Below, piece by piece: positions 42,566 through 51,241 of a stretch of DNA of 64,000 nucleotides. A program made the translations under genes and the position numbers. Location of the stretch: positions 1-64,000 of the IMG/VR virus record IMGVR_UViG_3300037424_000898. The stretch is one strand, 5' to 3'. Position 1 is the first letter of the stretch. Each line of letters starts with the position of its first letter. The notes beneath the pieces were generated by a model. It saw nothing but the letters and a program-made list of their open reading frames with translations. It was not told where the DNA came from and did not search any database. Origin of the DNA: a virus.

Positions 42566-43025
42566 AGGACTCCACCAGTCCGTGTGTGTGGACGTGATCG
42601 ACCGGGGCCTGCAGCAGACGCCGTGGGGCGAGAAGCACAAGGTGGAGGTGCGCTGGCAGATCGATCAGGTCAACCCAGAGACGGGCAAGCGGTACGACGT
42701 GCGCGCCTACTACACGCTCAGCCTGAGCGAGAAGGCGAATCTCCGCAAGCACCTCGAGACGTGGCGGGGCCGGAAGTTCACGGGCGAGGAACTTAAGGGC
42801 TTCGACTTGGAGAAGCTGATCGGCGCGAACTGCCAGCTACAGGTTATCCACAACCTGACGGACGATGGGAAGACGTACGCGAACGTGCAGGCCATCGTCC
42901 CCGCGCCAGGCCGGATGCCCAAGATCGCATCGCTCGACTACGTGCGCGAGCGGGACCGGGCGCACGAACAGGGCAACGGCGGCGGTCCAGACTTTATTGA
43001 CGACGACGATTCGGTTCCGTTCTAG
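42516..43025 (+). CDS. Phage SSB-like protein (DUF669-like) with an SSB-type acidic C-terminal tip
   Basis: AGGAG RBS. The C-terminus ...GGGPDFIDDDDSVPF mimics the bacterial SSB tail (DDDIPF). Confidence 0.55.
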   Translation: MAIIAKEPESKFTPAPEGLHQSVCVDVIDRGLQQTPWGEKHKVEVRWQIDQVNPETGKRYDVRAYYTLSLSEKANLRKHLETWRGRKFTGEELKGFDLEKLIGANCQLQVIHNLTDDGKTYANVQAIVPAPGRMPKIASLDYVRERDRAHEQGNGGGPDFIDDDDSVPF

Positions 43026-43487
43026 GTGTCGCGCTATATGAAAACCTGCACGGGATGCGGTCTCACTAAGTCGCTGTCGGAGTTCTCGCCCGAACGTCAC
43101 GGCCGCTATGGTGGGTACTATCCGCGGTGCAAGCAGTGCCAGCGAACCGCCTTGCGCCAGTGGCGTGCAGGAAGAATAGAGGTGGAGCGAGCGCGGGCGC
43201 GAGAGTACGCACGTAAGCTCTATGCAAATCATCGTAGAGAGTTCGGCGCTCGGGTGCGCGCGTGGAAAGAACGAAACACGGAAAAGCGGAACGCACAGAA
43301 TCGTGTGAAGAAAGCGATTGAACATGGACAATTGGTCCGTTCTCAAATCTGCGTGCGATGTGGCCGATCGGATTCACGAATCGAAGCACATCATTCGGAC
43401 TATTCGCGTCCGTTCGTGGTCGAGTGGCTTTGTAAGCCATGTCACATCGTCGCAGACCGAGAACGCCGGATAGGGGAAGTAGCATGA
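43026..43487 (+). CDS. HNH endonuclease
   Basis: Has CTGC..C..C near the N-terminus and CVRCGRSDSRIEAHHSDYSRPFVVEWLCKPCH near the C-terminus. Less GC-rich than its neighbours. Confidence 0.7.
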   Translation: MSRYMKTCTGCGLTKSLSEFSPERHGRYGGYYPRCKQCQRTALRQWRAGRIEVERARAREYARKLYANHRREFGARVRAWKERNTEKRNAQNRVKKAIEHGQLVRSQICVRCGRSDSRIEAHHSDYSRPFVVEWLCKPCHIVADRERRIGEVA

Positions 43488-44341
43488 AGCCAACGACAGC
43501 GGGCGAATTCAGCGCCGCCGTGGCGGATGTCCTGACCGGGGCACCGCGCAAACCAGTACGTCGAGATGGGCCGGGGGGGAGATTTTATACTATCGAACCG
43601 GGCGTCTCGTATCCGAGCGTGACGCACATACTCCAGGTAATCGGCAAACCCGCGTTGATCAACTGGGCGGCGAACACGGAGCGGGCGCTCGTGATGGACG
43701 CCGCGGCCGATCTGTATCTCGACCTGGCGAAGACGCCGCCGATGTCCCGTCCGGCCTACGTCGTCACCTTGCAAGGACGGCTCGGCAAGGTCAAGGCGCA
43801 CAAGCGGGAGATGGACAAGGCGGCCGAGATCGGCACGCAGGCACATGAGCTGATCGAATGGAACATCCGCCGCGCGCTCGACCAGAAGGTTGGACCGGAA
43901 CCGCGTGTCGTGGATGCCGCGCAGTGGGCGTTCATGGCGTTTTCGGACTGGGCCGGTAAGGTCAACCTGAAGCCGACCTTCATCGAGCAGACGGTGTTCT
44001 CGCGCGAGTACGGATACGCCGGCACAATGGACTTACTTGCCGAAGTCAACGGCCAAAAGACGCTTGTGGACTTCAAGACATCGAAGGCTGTGTACAACGA
44101 GGCCCATCTCCAGACCGCCGCGTATCGCTACGCGCTCAAGGAAATGGGCCACATCGAGAGCGACGTGCCCGGCCTGATCTTGCGGCTGCCGAAGCTCGAA
44201 ACGGACCCGGAATTTGAGGTGGTCGAGTCCCCCGCGACGGCGGACTTGATGCCCACCTTCGCCGCCGTAATTCAGTTGTGGAAGTGGTGGTATGCGGGTG
44301 AGCAAGCGTACCGAGCGAGACGGGCGGAGGCGGTCGCCTAA
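43484..44341 (+). CDS. PD-(D/E)XK exonuclease (Cas4/RecB-like phage exonuclease)
   Basis: YPSVTHIL, GTQAHELIE, YAGTMDLLAEVNGQKTLVDFKTSK, LQTAAY. Confidence 0.7.
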   Translation: MKPTTAGEFSAAVADVLTGAPRKPVRRDGPGGRFYTIEPGVSYPSVTHILQVIGKPALINWAANTERALVMDAAADLYLDLAKTPPMSRPAYVVTLQGRLGKVKAHKREMDKAAEIGTQAHELIEWNIRRALDQKVGPEPRVVDAAQWAFMAFSDWAGKVNLKPTFIEQTVFSREYGYAGTMDLLAEVNGQKTLVDFKTSKAVYNEAHLQTAAYRYALKEMGHIESDVPGLILRLPKLETDPEFEVVESPATADLMPTFAAVIQLWKWWYAGEQAYRARRAEAVA

Positions 44342-44643
44342 TGCCCACCTTCCCCAAGGCTCGCCCTCACATTTTGCAGAAGCGCGACAGCAAGCGCATC
44401 CGTGACATTGAGGAGCGCGCGATGCGGGCCTACGTGCGGAGCCGGGAGAAAGGGCTGTGTCGAGTGTGCGGGAAGCCGGGACAGGACGTGCATGAGATCG
44501 TCGCCAGGTCACGAGGGGGGCGGGTGAGCAAGACGAACAGCGTACTTTTGTGTAGATCATGCCATGCCCTGTGCCAGGGCCATGCTATCCGGGTGTATGG
44601 CGAGGACGCAGAAGGCGTGCTCACGTTCGAGAAAGTGGAGTAA
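44341..44643 (+). CDS. Small HNH endonuclease
   Basis: CRVCGKPGQDVHEIVARSRGG...NSVLLCRSCH. Confidence 0.65.
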   Translation: MPTFPKARPHILQKRDSKRIRDIEERAMRAYVRSREKGLCRVCGKPGQDVHEIVARSRGGRVSKTNSVLLCRSCHALCQGHAIRVYGEDAEGVLTFEKVE

Positions 44644-44649
44644 GCAACC

Positions 44650-44844
44650 ATGTCACAGTCACACCTGCACTATCACCGGTGCGCGGGCCAGCCTGGATGC
44701 AAAGCGCGTCTCAAGTGTCGTGCGGCGCCCGAGCAGAATGAGGACGGCACCAAGTATTGCTCAGAGGAACTCGATCGTGGGAAGTGGATGTGCGAGGAGT
44801 GCGAGGCAATACGGCGGGCCGAAGATGAGTATGAGGAGCAGTGA
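44650..44844 (+). CDS. Small Cys-rich acidic protein
   Basis: 64 aa. Contains HRCAGQPGCKARLKC..YCSEE..WMCEECE. Confidence 0.4.
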   Translation: MSQSHLHYHRCAGQPGCKARLKCRAAPEQNEDGTKYCSEELDRGKWMCEECEAIRRAEDEYEEQ

Positions 44845-44845
44845 G

Positions 44846-44950
44846 ATGCCGATCTACCTGGGCTCCGACGATCCGCCGCCGCCCGATCCTCAGCAAGAGC
44901 CGGAGCGGATCGCGCGGATCGTGTGGGCCGCGCTGAAGGAGTTGCCATGA
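44846..44950 (+). CDS. Very small ORF (34 aa)
   Basis: It fills the gap with tight coupling at both ends. There is no other support. Confidence 0.3.
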   Translation: MPIYLGSDDPPPPDPQQEPERIARIVWAALKELP

Positions 44951-45504
44951 GTGATATCGATCCACAAGACGCCATTGGATTGCTTCGGAGCTTTGCCGCG
45001 CACCGTGCCCATCTAGCCGAGGGCATCGGCCTGATCGTCGCGGTGCTTGAACGCCGGGCGGCCGTCCACGACCTGAGCAAGCTCGGGGACGACGAGTTCG
45101 CCGGCTTCGCTCGGATCAACGCGACCGCGCGAATCAACAAGTTCGGCTCGCCGGAATACAAAGCGGGCATGGACCGCGAGCGGCCGACGATCGACTTGCA
45201 CTTCTCCCGCAATCGGCATCACCCCGAGCGTCCGACGCTGCTCGGCGAGGCGGCAGAGAAAGAGCGCGGCCTGCCAGACGACTGCACGTACTGGACTGCC
45301 CGCGAGGACGCGACGATGACCGCCCTCGACGTGATTGAGATGGTGTGCGACTGGTGGGCGGCGCGCAAAGGCTACGCAAACGACAGCCGGACGTGGCGTG
45401 AATCAGCGGCGCAGAACATGGAACAGAAAGGCCAATATCTGAACGAGGGGCAAACGTGGCTTGTTTGGGAGATCGTCGCGCTGCTGGAGTCCCTAGAGAG
45501 CTGA
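44947..45504 (+). CDS. DUF5662-like (HD-like) protein
   Basis: ATGA overlap start. Motifs: HDLSKL, LHFSRNRHHPE, EMVCDWWAA. Confidence 0.45.
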   Translation: MSDIDPQDAIGLLRSFAAHRAHLAEGIGLIVAVLERRAAVHDLSKLGDDEFAGFARINATARINKFGSPEYKAGMDRERPTIDLHFSRNRHHPERPTLLGEAAEKERGLPDDCTYWTAREDATMTALDVIEMVCDWWAARKGYANDSRTWRESAAQNMEQKGQYLNEGQTWLVWEIVALLESLES

Positions 45505-45507
45505 GCC

Positions 45508-46545
45508 ATGAGCGACAAGACGGGAATCGACTACCTCGACGCGACCTGTGAAGCGAAGGGTGGGAAGCCACTTATCACGGTAGTGGCCGAAGACCTCGCC
45601 ACCAACGAGTACATCCTCAACACAGGCGAGCGTGTGTCGAAGGTGGAAGTGCGAAATGCCGGGGGCCTCCCGGCGCCCGGTTGGATCGATCGGCAGATGA
45701 AGCGCGTGTGCGAGGACTACGCCGCGATGCCGCGGTGGATGCAGACGGCCAAACTGGAAGGGGCTGGCATGCACAAGAAGACGACCGAGGAACTGGCGGC
45801 GGGGCTGGGTCGAATGGCCAAATCTGAGCACTCAGTCTGCGGACGTGCCGCGGCCCGCCTGCGGGAGATGGAACCTGCCCGGGCCGCTCTGAATGAGTTG
45901 TTCGATGTCCTGCGGTGCCAGTCCACGCCGCAAGCCGCCGTCACGTCGGCGCGGGAACTCGTAGCACGCATGGAGCAGGCCGAGCGCGACCTGGCCGCCC
46001 TGGTCGAGAAGCTCTGCAAACTGTTCGGTTGGGCAACCTATCTCGAAGCCTACATGCACATTGACAACGCCGTGAACAACTTGCGGGCCGATGTGGCCAC
46101 CGAACGCACCCTACGGGAGCGGGCCAAGGCCAAGGTGCGGGAACTGGACGTGGCAGTCGCGGCAGCGAGCCTGTTCGTACGGAAGATTTATGACGCGCTT
46201 GGACTGCCCGAACCCACGCCCTACGCAGTGGTGGATCTTTTTGAACTACATCTCCAAGTGATGGGCCAGATCGAGCGGTTCAAGGTGGAAGCTGAGCAGG
46301 CCGAGCGTGACTTGTCCGAGGCCGAAGCGCAGATCGAGGGCCTGACGGCCGAGCGCGATCACTACCGATTTGGCGTCAACCAGCAGGGCGAGCGCATCAA
46401 GGCGCTGGAGGCGGCTGGCTACGCGGTGGCAATGCTCGCCCTTCAGCGAGCGACCTACGAAGGCGACGCAGAGTTCAGAGACCAAGTAGACGACCTACTG
46501 GCGTTGACACAACGCGCCGCTCGTGAGCCTGGGGGTGAGCAGTGA
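45508..46545 (+). CDS. Coiled-coil hypothetical protein
   Basis: 345 aa. Ends in ..EPGGEQ, followed by a GTGA-coupled start. Confidence 0.55.
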   Translation: MSDKTGIDYLDATCEAKGGKPLITVVAEDLATNEYILNTGERVSKVEVRNAGGLPAPGWIDRQMKRVCEDYAAMPRWMQTAKLEGAGMHKKTTEELAAGLGRMAKSEHSVCGRAAARLREMEPARAALNELFDVLRCQSTPQAAVTSARELVARMEQAERDLAALVEKLCKLFGWATYLEAYMHIDNAVNNLRADVATERTLRERAKAKVRELDVAVAAASLFVRKIYDALGLPEPTPYAVVDLFELHLQVMGQIERFKVEAEQAERDLSEAEAQIEGLTAERDHYRFGVNQQGERIKALEAAGYAVAMLALQRATYEGDAEFRDQVDDLLALTQRAAREPGGEQ

Positions 46546-46772
46546 GCCGTAAGAAACACCCGACAGACTTAGCTGTAGCGCTGGCGCGCATCAAGGCGCT
46601 TGAGGCGGCGCTCCGGTCCTACGCGACACATCACTACTGGATGGCGCTGACAGACGATGCCGATGCACCCAGGGCGCTGCTGGTCGCACATGGGCGTCAC
46701 ATGGTTGCCGGTCATGGATGGGAAGAGGCTGAAGCCGGCTTCGTCGCCCATGAGCCTGGAGGTGAGCAGTGA
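46542..46772 (+). CDS. Small hypothetical protein
   Basis: It ends with the same EPGGEQ and GTGA junction as the previous gene. Confidence 0.45.
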   Translation: MSRKKHPTDLAVALARIKALEAALRSYATHHYWMALTDDADAPRALLVAHGRHMVAGHGWEEAEAGFVAHEPGGEQ

Positions 46773-46939
46773 GCCGAACGCCCGTGTGCCGGCATCCGCT
46801 GGCGTACCCGTGCGGGGACCGAGCCGCGTACTGGCATTGCCCGGACTGCGGGGCTGTCCGAGTCGGGCTGCTAGGCGACTGGCACATCTGCGAGCTCTGT
46901 CGATTGCCTCGGTCGGCACAGTCGGAAGGTGACGCGTGA
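46769..46939 (+). CDS. Small zinc-ribbon protein (56 aa, below the ORF-track cutoff)
   Basis: Hand translation: VSRTPVCRHPLAYPCGDRAAYWHCPDCGAVRVGLLGDWHICELCRLPRSAQSEGDA. GTGA coupling at both ends. Confidence 0.4.
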   Translation: MSRTPVCRHPLAYPCGDRAAYWHCPDCGAVRVGLLGDWHICELCRLPRSAQSEGDA

Positions 46940-47100
46940 CGGCTCTTGCCCGCCTGTGTCTACTACTCGATGCCTTGGAGGCCCGTCTGCCTCATGGTGA
47001 GTGGGGCACGACGGTGAGCCGGGCATGGATTAGAGAGGCTCGCAAGCTGATAGAGCAGGCTCGACGTGAGGCCGAGCAGCCGGGACTGAGGGAGGAGTGA
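46936..47100 (+). CDS. Small helical protein (54 aa, below the ORF-track cutoff)
   Basis: Hand translation: VTALARLCLLLDALEARLPHGEWGTTVSRAWIREARKLIEQARREAEQPGLREE. Confidence 0.35.
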   Translation: MTALARLCLLLDALEARLPHGEWGTTVSRAWIREARKLIEQARREAEQPGLREE

Positions 47101-47348
47101 TGGACGTGACGCTAATGCAAAATCTGCTTGACGCGGCCAGCGAGAACTATCCGGCCATCGAACTAGGGAAGGGGCATCGCCTGCACGTGTGTGAGGTGGA
47201 GGAACAGGACTGGGAAGTGTGGCTCAACACCGAAGTGCAAGACTTTGACGGCCTCTGCATCGCGGCGGGTAAGACGCGACAGGAAGCGGTGACGGCGGCA
47301 GTCGAAGTGCTGGAGCTTGCGCTTGACGCCTTGCAGCAGCCGGCATGA
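47100..47348 (+). CDS. Hypothetical acidic protein
   Basis: GGGAGGAG lies upstream. 82 aa. Confidence 0.5.
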   Translation: MDVTLMQNLLDAASENYPAIELGKGHRLHVCEVEEQDWEVWLNTEVQDFDGLCIAAGKTRQEAVTAAVEVLELALDALQQPA

Positions 47349-47399
47349 GCAGCGGTCCCGCGCAGAGCGGGCGTAAGTGGCCGTCGCGGGTGAGAAGAA

Positions 47400-47834
47400 A
47401 TGAATATAACCAGACCGACTGAAGAGCAACGGGAAGCGGCAGCGGCGTGGTGGTCAGAACGATTGCGGGCCTGTAAGAACAGTGGGCTTTCTGACAGCGA
47501 ACGAGCGAATCCAGCTAACAGTGTGTACGAGCTCGGGGAGATGCTCATGGACCTCGCTCGGCCCAGTGTTAGCGAGGAACAGGTCGAACGGTTCAGGACG
47601 GCGTTGCTGCGGCGGCTGTCGGAAGCAGCGCCGTTTGAATCTCGCACGCTGGGCGTCGATTACGGCGCCGATCGCCTTTTGGCCGATTCGCTGGCTGAAG
47701 CTGAGATACCGGACCGGATAGGAACCTTGCCGATTAAGACCGTGATGTGGTTGAGAGATGACAACACGGTGGCAGTTCGGTATGGATATGGCGCTCCAAT
47801 CGAGCAAATCTATCCAAACGACTCGATCGAATAG
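47400..47834 (+). CDS. Hypothetical protein
   Basis: 144-aa ORF followed by a hairpin element. Confidence 0.5.
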   Translation: MNITRPTEEQREAAAAWWSERLRACKNSGLSDSERANPANSVYELGEMLMDLARPSVSEEQVERFRTALLRRLSEAAPFESRTLGVDYGADRLLADSLAEAEIPDRIGTLPIKTVMWLRDDNTVAVRYGYGAPIEQIYPNDSIE

Positions 47835-48370
47835 GCCCGCGCGTCCTTGACCACGCCGGGAGGGTAGAGCCCGGCACCGTCCATTCTATCAATCACGGAA
47901 GGAGCATTTGTTACATGACGACCAGTGAAGCGACTGCCATCGTTGTATGTCCGGTGATCTGGCTGCCGATCCAGGAGCCCGTGATGGACGGGCTACGTAT
48001 GGCGCTGTTGGCCAAGGCCGTTGCCGTGCTGACAGACACCAAGTAGGGCTCGACCGCAGTAAGCGCGAATGGGCGGTGACGGCCCCGAACGGTCTGTTTG
48101 TCGCCGGAAAACAGGGCAGTGCGGCGGCGGGCGATCCTGTCCAGTTGGCATGCGCGGCGGTGGCCGTTAGCTACTCCAACCAGCCGGGCTGAGAGGTCCG
48201 GCACCGTCCATCATTTTCCATGTCGTGAACTGAGACAGCCCGATCCGCCCGCGTGCGGACCAGGCGACGCATAGGCAGATAGGGATGAGATTGGCCCGCT
48301 CGCTCAATGTTGGAAGAAGGACACCAGAAGCCGTCATCCACCGGGCGGGCGGGCCAAGCGTGAGGAGCAT

Positions 48371-48583
48371 ATGCCGAAATTCCTAGTGTATGAAATCTGG
48401 ACCACACATCGCGTCGTGGAAGCGGACGACGAGGATGCCGCATTGACCGAGTTACCAGAGCCACGAGACGGCCTAGTGCTCTCCAATTGGCACGCGGTCC
48501 CCATCATGGATCAAGCGTCTGGTACGACCCGGCGAGGATGGGACCGTTCGATGATTGGTATGTCATCGAGGGTGAAGCGTTAG
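48371..48583 (+). CDS. Hypothetical small protein
   Basis: GTGAGGAG precedes the ATG. 70 aa, AT-richer codons. Confidence 0.45.
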   Translation: MPKFLVYEIWTTHRVVEADDEDAALTELPEPRDGLVLSNWHAVPIMDQASGTTRRGWDRSMIGMSSRVKR

Positions 48584-48655
48584 AGGCCCGCTGATGTCCT
48601 GGCCGGGCTGGGAGTCCTACCTACCCGAGACCGAGCGGCCCATGGGAATGGCCCG

Positions 48656-49855
48656 ATGAATACTACTGTTTCTGCCGCCGAGGTGGGGTATAATGATCGT
48701 GGCCCGAACGTGCTGGAACACGCGCGGGCCACTGACCACAACCCTACTGCTGGAGGCAGCACGGCCATGGCTGAACACCAGTCTAGCACTATCTGTCTAT
48801 TTTGCGGTACCCCGTTTCCGTCTCACGGTCATGTTCGTTGTTGTTCGCGGAGATGCGCTGCTAGGTGGCGCGTAAGCCAGTTGGTTCCAAAACGACATCC
48901 GTGTGTTGTCTGCGGAAAGTTGTATTGGCAAAAACCCTCACGGGCTCGCCAGGGACACTGTTTATGTTGCTCGCACGCCTGCGCCGGCACATTGCGTTCA
49001 CGGCGCGCCAGCCACCAGCGTACTGAAGTGACATGCGCGGGTTGCGGCAGAATATTTCTTGCCTATCCGTCTCATGCCAAACGGGGGCGGCGTTTTTGCT
49101 CCAATGCGTGCAAGCACAGTGCGCCGACGGTAGAGGGCCGGGTTTGCTTGAATGCGTGCAAGCGTAGTGCGCCGACGCTAAAGGGCCGGGAGCAGCGGTG
49201 CGCTCACTGCAGTAAGGTATTTCACCGAAACTATCTCGCTAAGTACTGCTCCTTAGCTTGTCGCGGGCACGCCACGCGGGGTGAGCGTAATTGTCACTGG
49301 ACTGGTGGGCTAGGTACGGCCATTTGTGAACAATGCAGGATCATTTTCATGTACCAAAGAAAAGGTAGTCGAGGGCGGTTCTGTTCGCTGCGTTGTTATG
49401 GCGCATATATGGCATCGCACTGCGCTGGCGAGAAGATGACATATAAGCGGTGTAAGGGCGGAAGGCGCGCCGACTTGGGCGGACTATATGTGCGTTCATC
49501 GTGGGAGGCGAATTGGGCTAGATATTTGAATTGGCTGCAATCCCTGGGCGAGATTAGAAGCTGGAAGTACGAGGCGCGCACGTTTGAGTTTACTCGAATT
49601 AGACGCGGGGGTCGGTTCTATCTACCCGACTTTGAAGTCGTCAATAGGGACGGGTCAATAGAGTATCACGAAGTCAAGGGATATATGAGCCCGGAGAGTG
49701 CGACCAAGATTAAGCGTATGGCAAAAGATTTCCCTGAAGTTACATTAGTCGTAGTTGACCGGAAGGTGTACTCCGATGTCGCGCGTAAAGTATCCGCGCT
49801 TATTCCAAACTGGGAGTCTGAGCGGATCGTGGACGCATTGCGGCGGAAGCAATGA
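48656..49855 (+). CDS. Multi-FCS-type zinc-finger protein fused to a C-terminal PD-(D/E)XK (DUF1064 / TnsA-N-like) nuclease domain
   Basis: Five to six repeats of C-x2-C-x(10-16)-(R)FCS-x2-C. The C-terminus is SSWEANWARYLNWLQSLGEIRSWKYEARTFEF..YLPDFEVVNRDGSIEYHEVKGYM. Clearly less GC-rich. Start uncertain. Confidence 0.6.
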   Translation: MNTTVSAAEVGYNDRGPNVLEHARATDHNPTAGGSTAMAEHQSSTICLFCGTPFPSHGHVRCCSRRCAARWRVSQLVPKRHPCVVCGKLYWQKPSRARQGHCLCCSHACAGTLRSRRASHQRTEVTCAGCGRIFLAYPSHAKRGRRFCSNACKHSAPTVEGRVCLNACKRSAPTLKGREQRCAHCSKVFHRNYLAKYCSLACRGHATRGERNCHWTGGLGTAICEQCRIIFMYQRKGSRGRFCSLRCYGAYMASHCAGEKMTYKRCKGGRRADLGGLYVRSSWEANWARYLNWLQSLGEIRSWKYEARTFEFTRIRRGGRFYLPDFEVVNRDGSIEYHEVKGYMSPESATKIKRMAKDFPEVTLVVVDRKVYSDVARKVSALIPNWESERIVDALRRKQ

Positions 49856-49975
49856 ACTCGCCGGCTGGCGCTGCCTGAGCGTCACGGCGGATCAGATACG
49901 GAGTGGCGAGGCTATCGGGTGGATTATCGAGGCGCTACGCGGGCCGGCGCGGGTGAGTGACGAGGCAGTGTGACG

Positions 49976-50203
49976 ATGGACGACTACGATCCCGACGCGA
50001 ACGCATGGCTGACGATCTCGACGTGGCTGAAAGATCAGCGCGTCACGTACGTGCGACAACTCGAGAGATGGCAGCAGGCTGAGCTGCCGCGTGGACTGAA
50101 AGCTCGCACTCTGCGCGAGCAGGATGAGGCATACAACGCGGCGATGATTCGAGCTATCGATGTGGTGCTAGAGATGGTCGAGCGGCAGAGTGAGGAGGCG
50201 TGA
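49976..50203 (+). CDS. Small hypothetical protein
   Basis: Preceded by the conserved junction GAGGC.GTGACGATG. Confidence 0.45.
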   Translation: MDDYDPDANAWLTISTWLKDQRVTYVRQLERWQQAELPRGLKARTLREQDEAYNAAMIRAIDVVLEMVERQSEEA

Positions 50204-50206
50204 CGA

Positions 50207-50437
50207 ATGGACAGCTTCATGTGGTGCATCGTGGTGACGCTTTCCGACGACACGGAAGTAGTCGTGCCGGCGGGCGAAGACGCGCGGCTTGTGGTCAGTC
50301 ACGCGGGCGGGCTGTCGTGTCAGGACACACAGGGCAATCTCGCGCACTTCCAAGCGGAGACATGGAAGCGTGCGATGCGACGACAGATGCCGATTAGGGG
50401 CGAGGTTGTCGGATGTGCAGCCAAGAGGGAGGCGTGA
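50207..50437 (+). CDS. Small hypothetical protein
   Basis: Preceded by GAGGAGGCGTGACGAATG. Confidence 0.45.
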   Translation: MDSFMWCIVVTLSDDTEVVVPAGEDARLVVSHAGGLSCQDTQGNLAHFQAETWKRAMRRQMPIRGEVVGCAAKREA

Positions 50438-50439
50438 CG

Positions 50440-50649
50440 ATGCAGAAGACGATGAAGGTGTGGCTCGGTTTCAGCGAAGGTAAACCGCATTTCTACCGAG
50501 ACGTGGACTACTACGGGGGCGTGCGTCAGGCGGACGTATTTCCGACACTAGCGGATGCCCTGTGCTGCTATGAGGACGTGCGACGCTGCACCCTGACCTA
50601 CGACGTGCCAGCCAAGGCCAAGGCGAAGGCGAAGAAGGGGACGCGATGA
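50440..50649 (+). CDS. Small hypothetical protein
   Basis: Preceded by GAGGGAGGCGTGACGATG. Confidence 0.45.
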   Translation: MQKTMKVWLGFSEGKPHFYRDVDYYGGVRQADVFPTLADALCCYEDVRRCTLTYDVPAKAKAKAKKGTR

Positions 50650-50987
50650 ACGGGCAGAGCTACACCGCTTGTCCGCTCTGCGGTATCGCCATTCCCGAGG
50701 GACACGGGCACGTGTGCTCAGTTCGTGCCCAGTGCGTGCGGGTTCATGGACAGTCGTGGTTGGCCTGCCCACATTGCGGCGCCTACTTCCCGCTGGGCGG
50801 CACGCACGATTGCGCGTCGTCTCTGACGGCGAAGGCGCCTATTCAACTGATGATGCCGCGTGATTTTTGGGAAGACTACCGCGCACGCCTGCGCCGCGCC
50901 GTCAACGCGAGCTGCACCTGTGGCGGGGGCGATCTCGAGACTGGCTGTCCCGCGTGCCAAGTGTGGCACCGGATGGAGGGGCGATGA
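50646..50987 (+). CDS. Cys/His-rich protein (multiple zinc-ribbon-like CxxC pairs)
   Basis: ACPLCG..HVC, ACPHCG..HDC, CTCGG..GCPACQ. Confidence 0.5.
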   Translation: MNGQSYTACPLCGIAIPEGHGHVCSVRAQCVRVHGQSWLACPHCGAYFPLGGTHDCASSLTAKAPIQLMMPRDFWEDYRARLRRAVNASCTCGGGDLETGCPACQVWHRMEGR

Positions 50988-51241
50988 GCGAACTGACGAT
51001 TGAGGAGCTTGCGGCGGCGTGCGAAGAGACGGCGCGACGCATCGACACCCTTGGGCGCGTGGACGAAGAGGACTTAGGTTGCCGCATCCAGGGCGTGCTA
51101 GAGAACGCCGAGGAACACTTGCGCGAGGCCGCTGCCCGCCTAGGGGAGCAAGCCCTCGTCATCGCAGCGCTGCGAGATGAGATGCAGGAGCAGGAGGACC
51201 GCGCCGAGCAGGCCGAGGCCGCGATGAGGAGGAAGCTATGA
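50984..51241 (+). CDS. Small acidic coiled-coil protein
   Basis: ATGA overlap start. Confidence 0.45.
   Translation: MSELTIEELAAACEETARRIDTLGRVDEEDLGCRIQGVLENAEEHLREAAARLGEQALVIAALRDEMQEQEDRAEQAEAAMRRKL

Noticed and set aside
41373-42752. Long ORFs through the array: the minus-strand 459-aa and 373-aa ORFs with GSLxxxGALxxx hexapeptide-like repeats, and the plus-strand 140-aa ORF with ERAxxxESA
   Set aside because: - The peptide register changes at each of the three non-triplet phase slips.
- The ORFs continue antisense into well-supported genes on the other strand.
- Conservation is at the nucleotide level, including would-be wobble positions.
- They stay open only because the boxes lack stop codons.
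49755-49973. 72-aa ORF overlapping the 3' end of the zinc-finger nuclease gene
   Set aside because: Its only start codon lies 100 nt inside the upstream gene. There is no ATG, GTG or TTG after the upstream stop, and no RBS.
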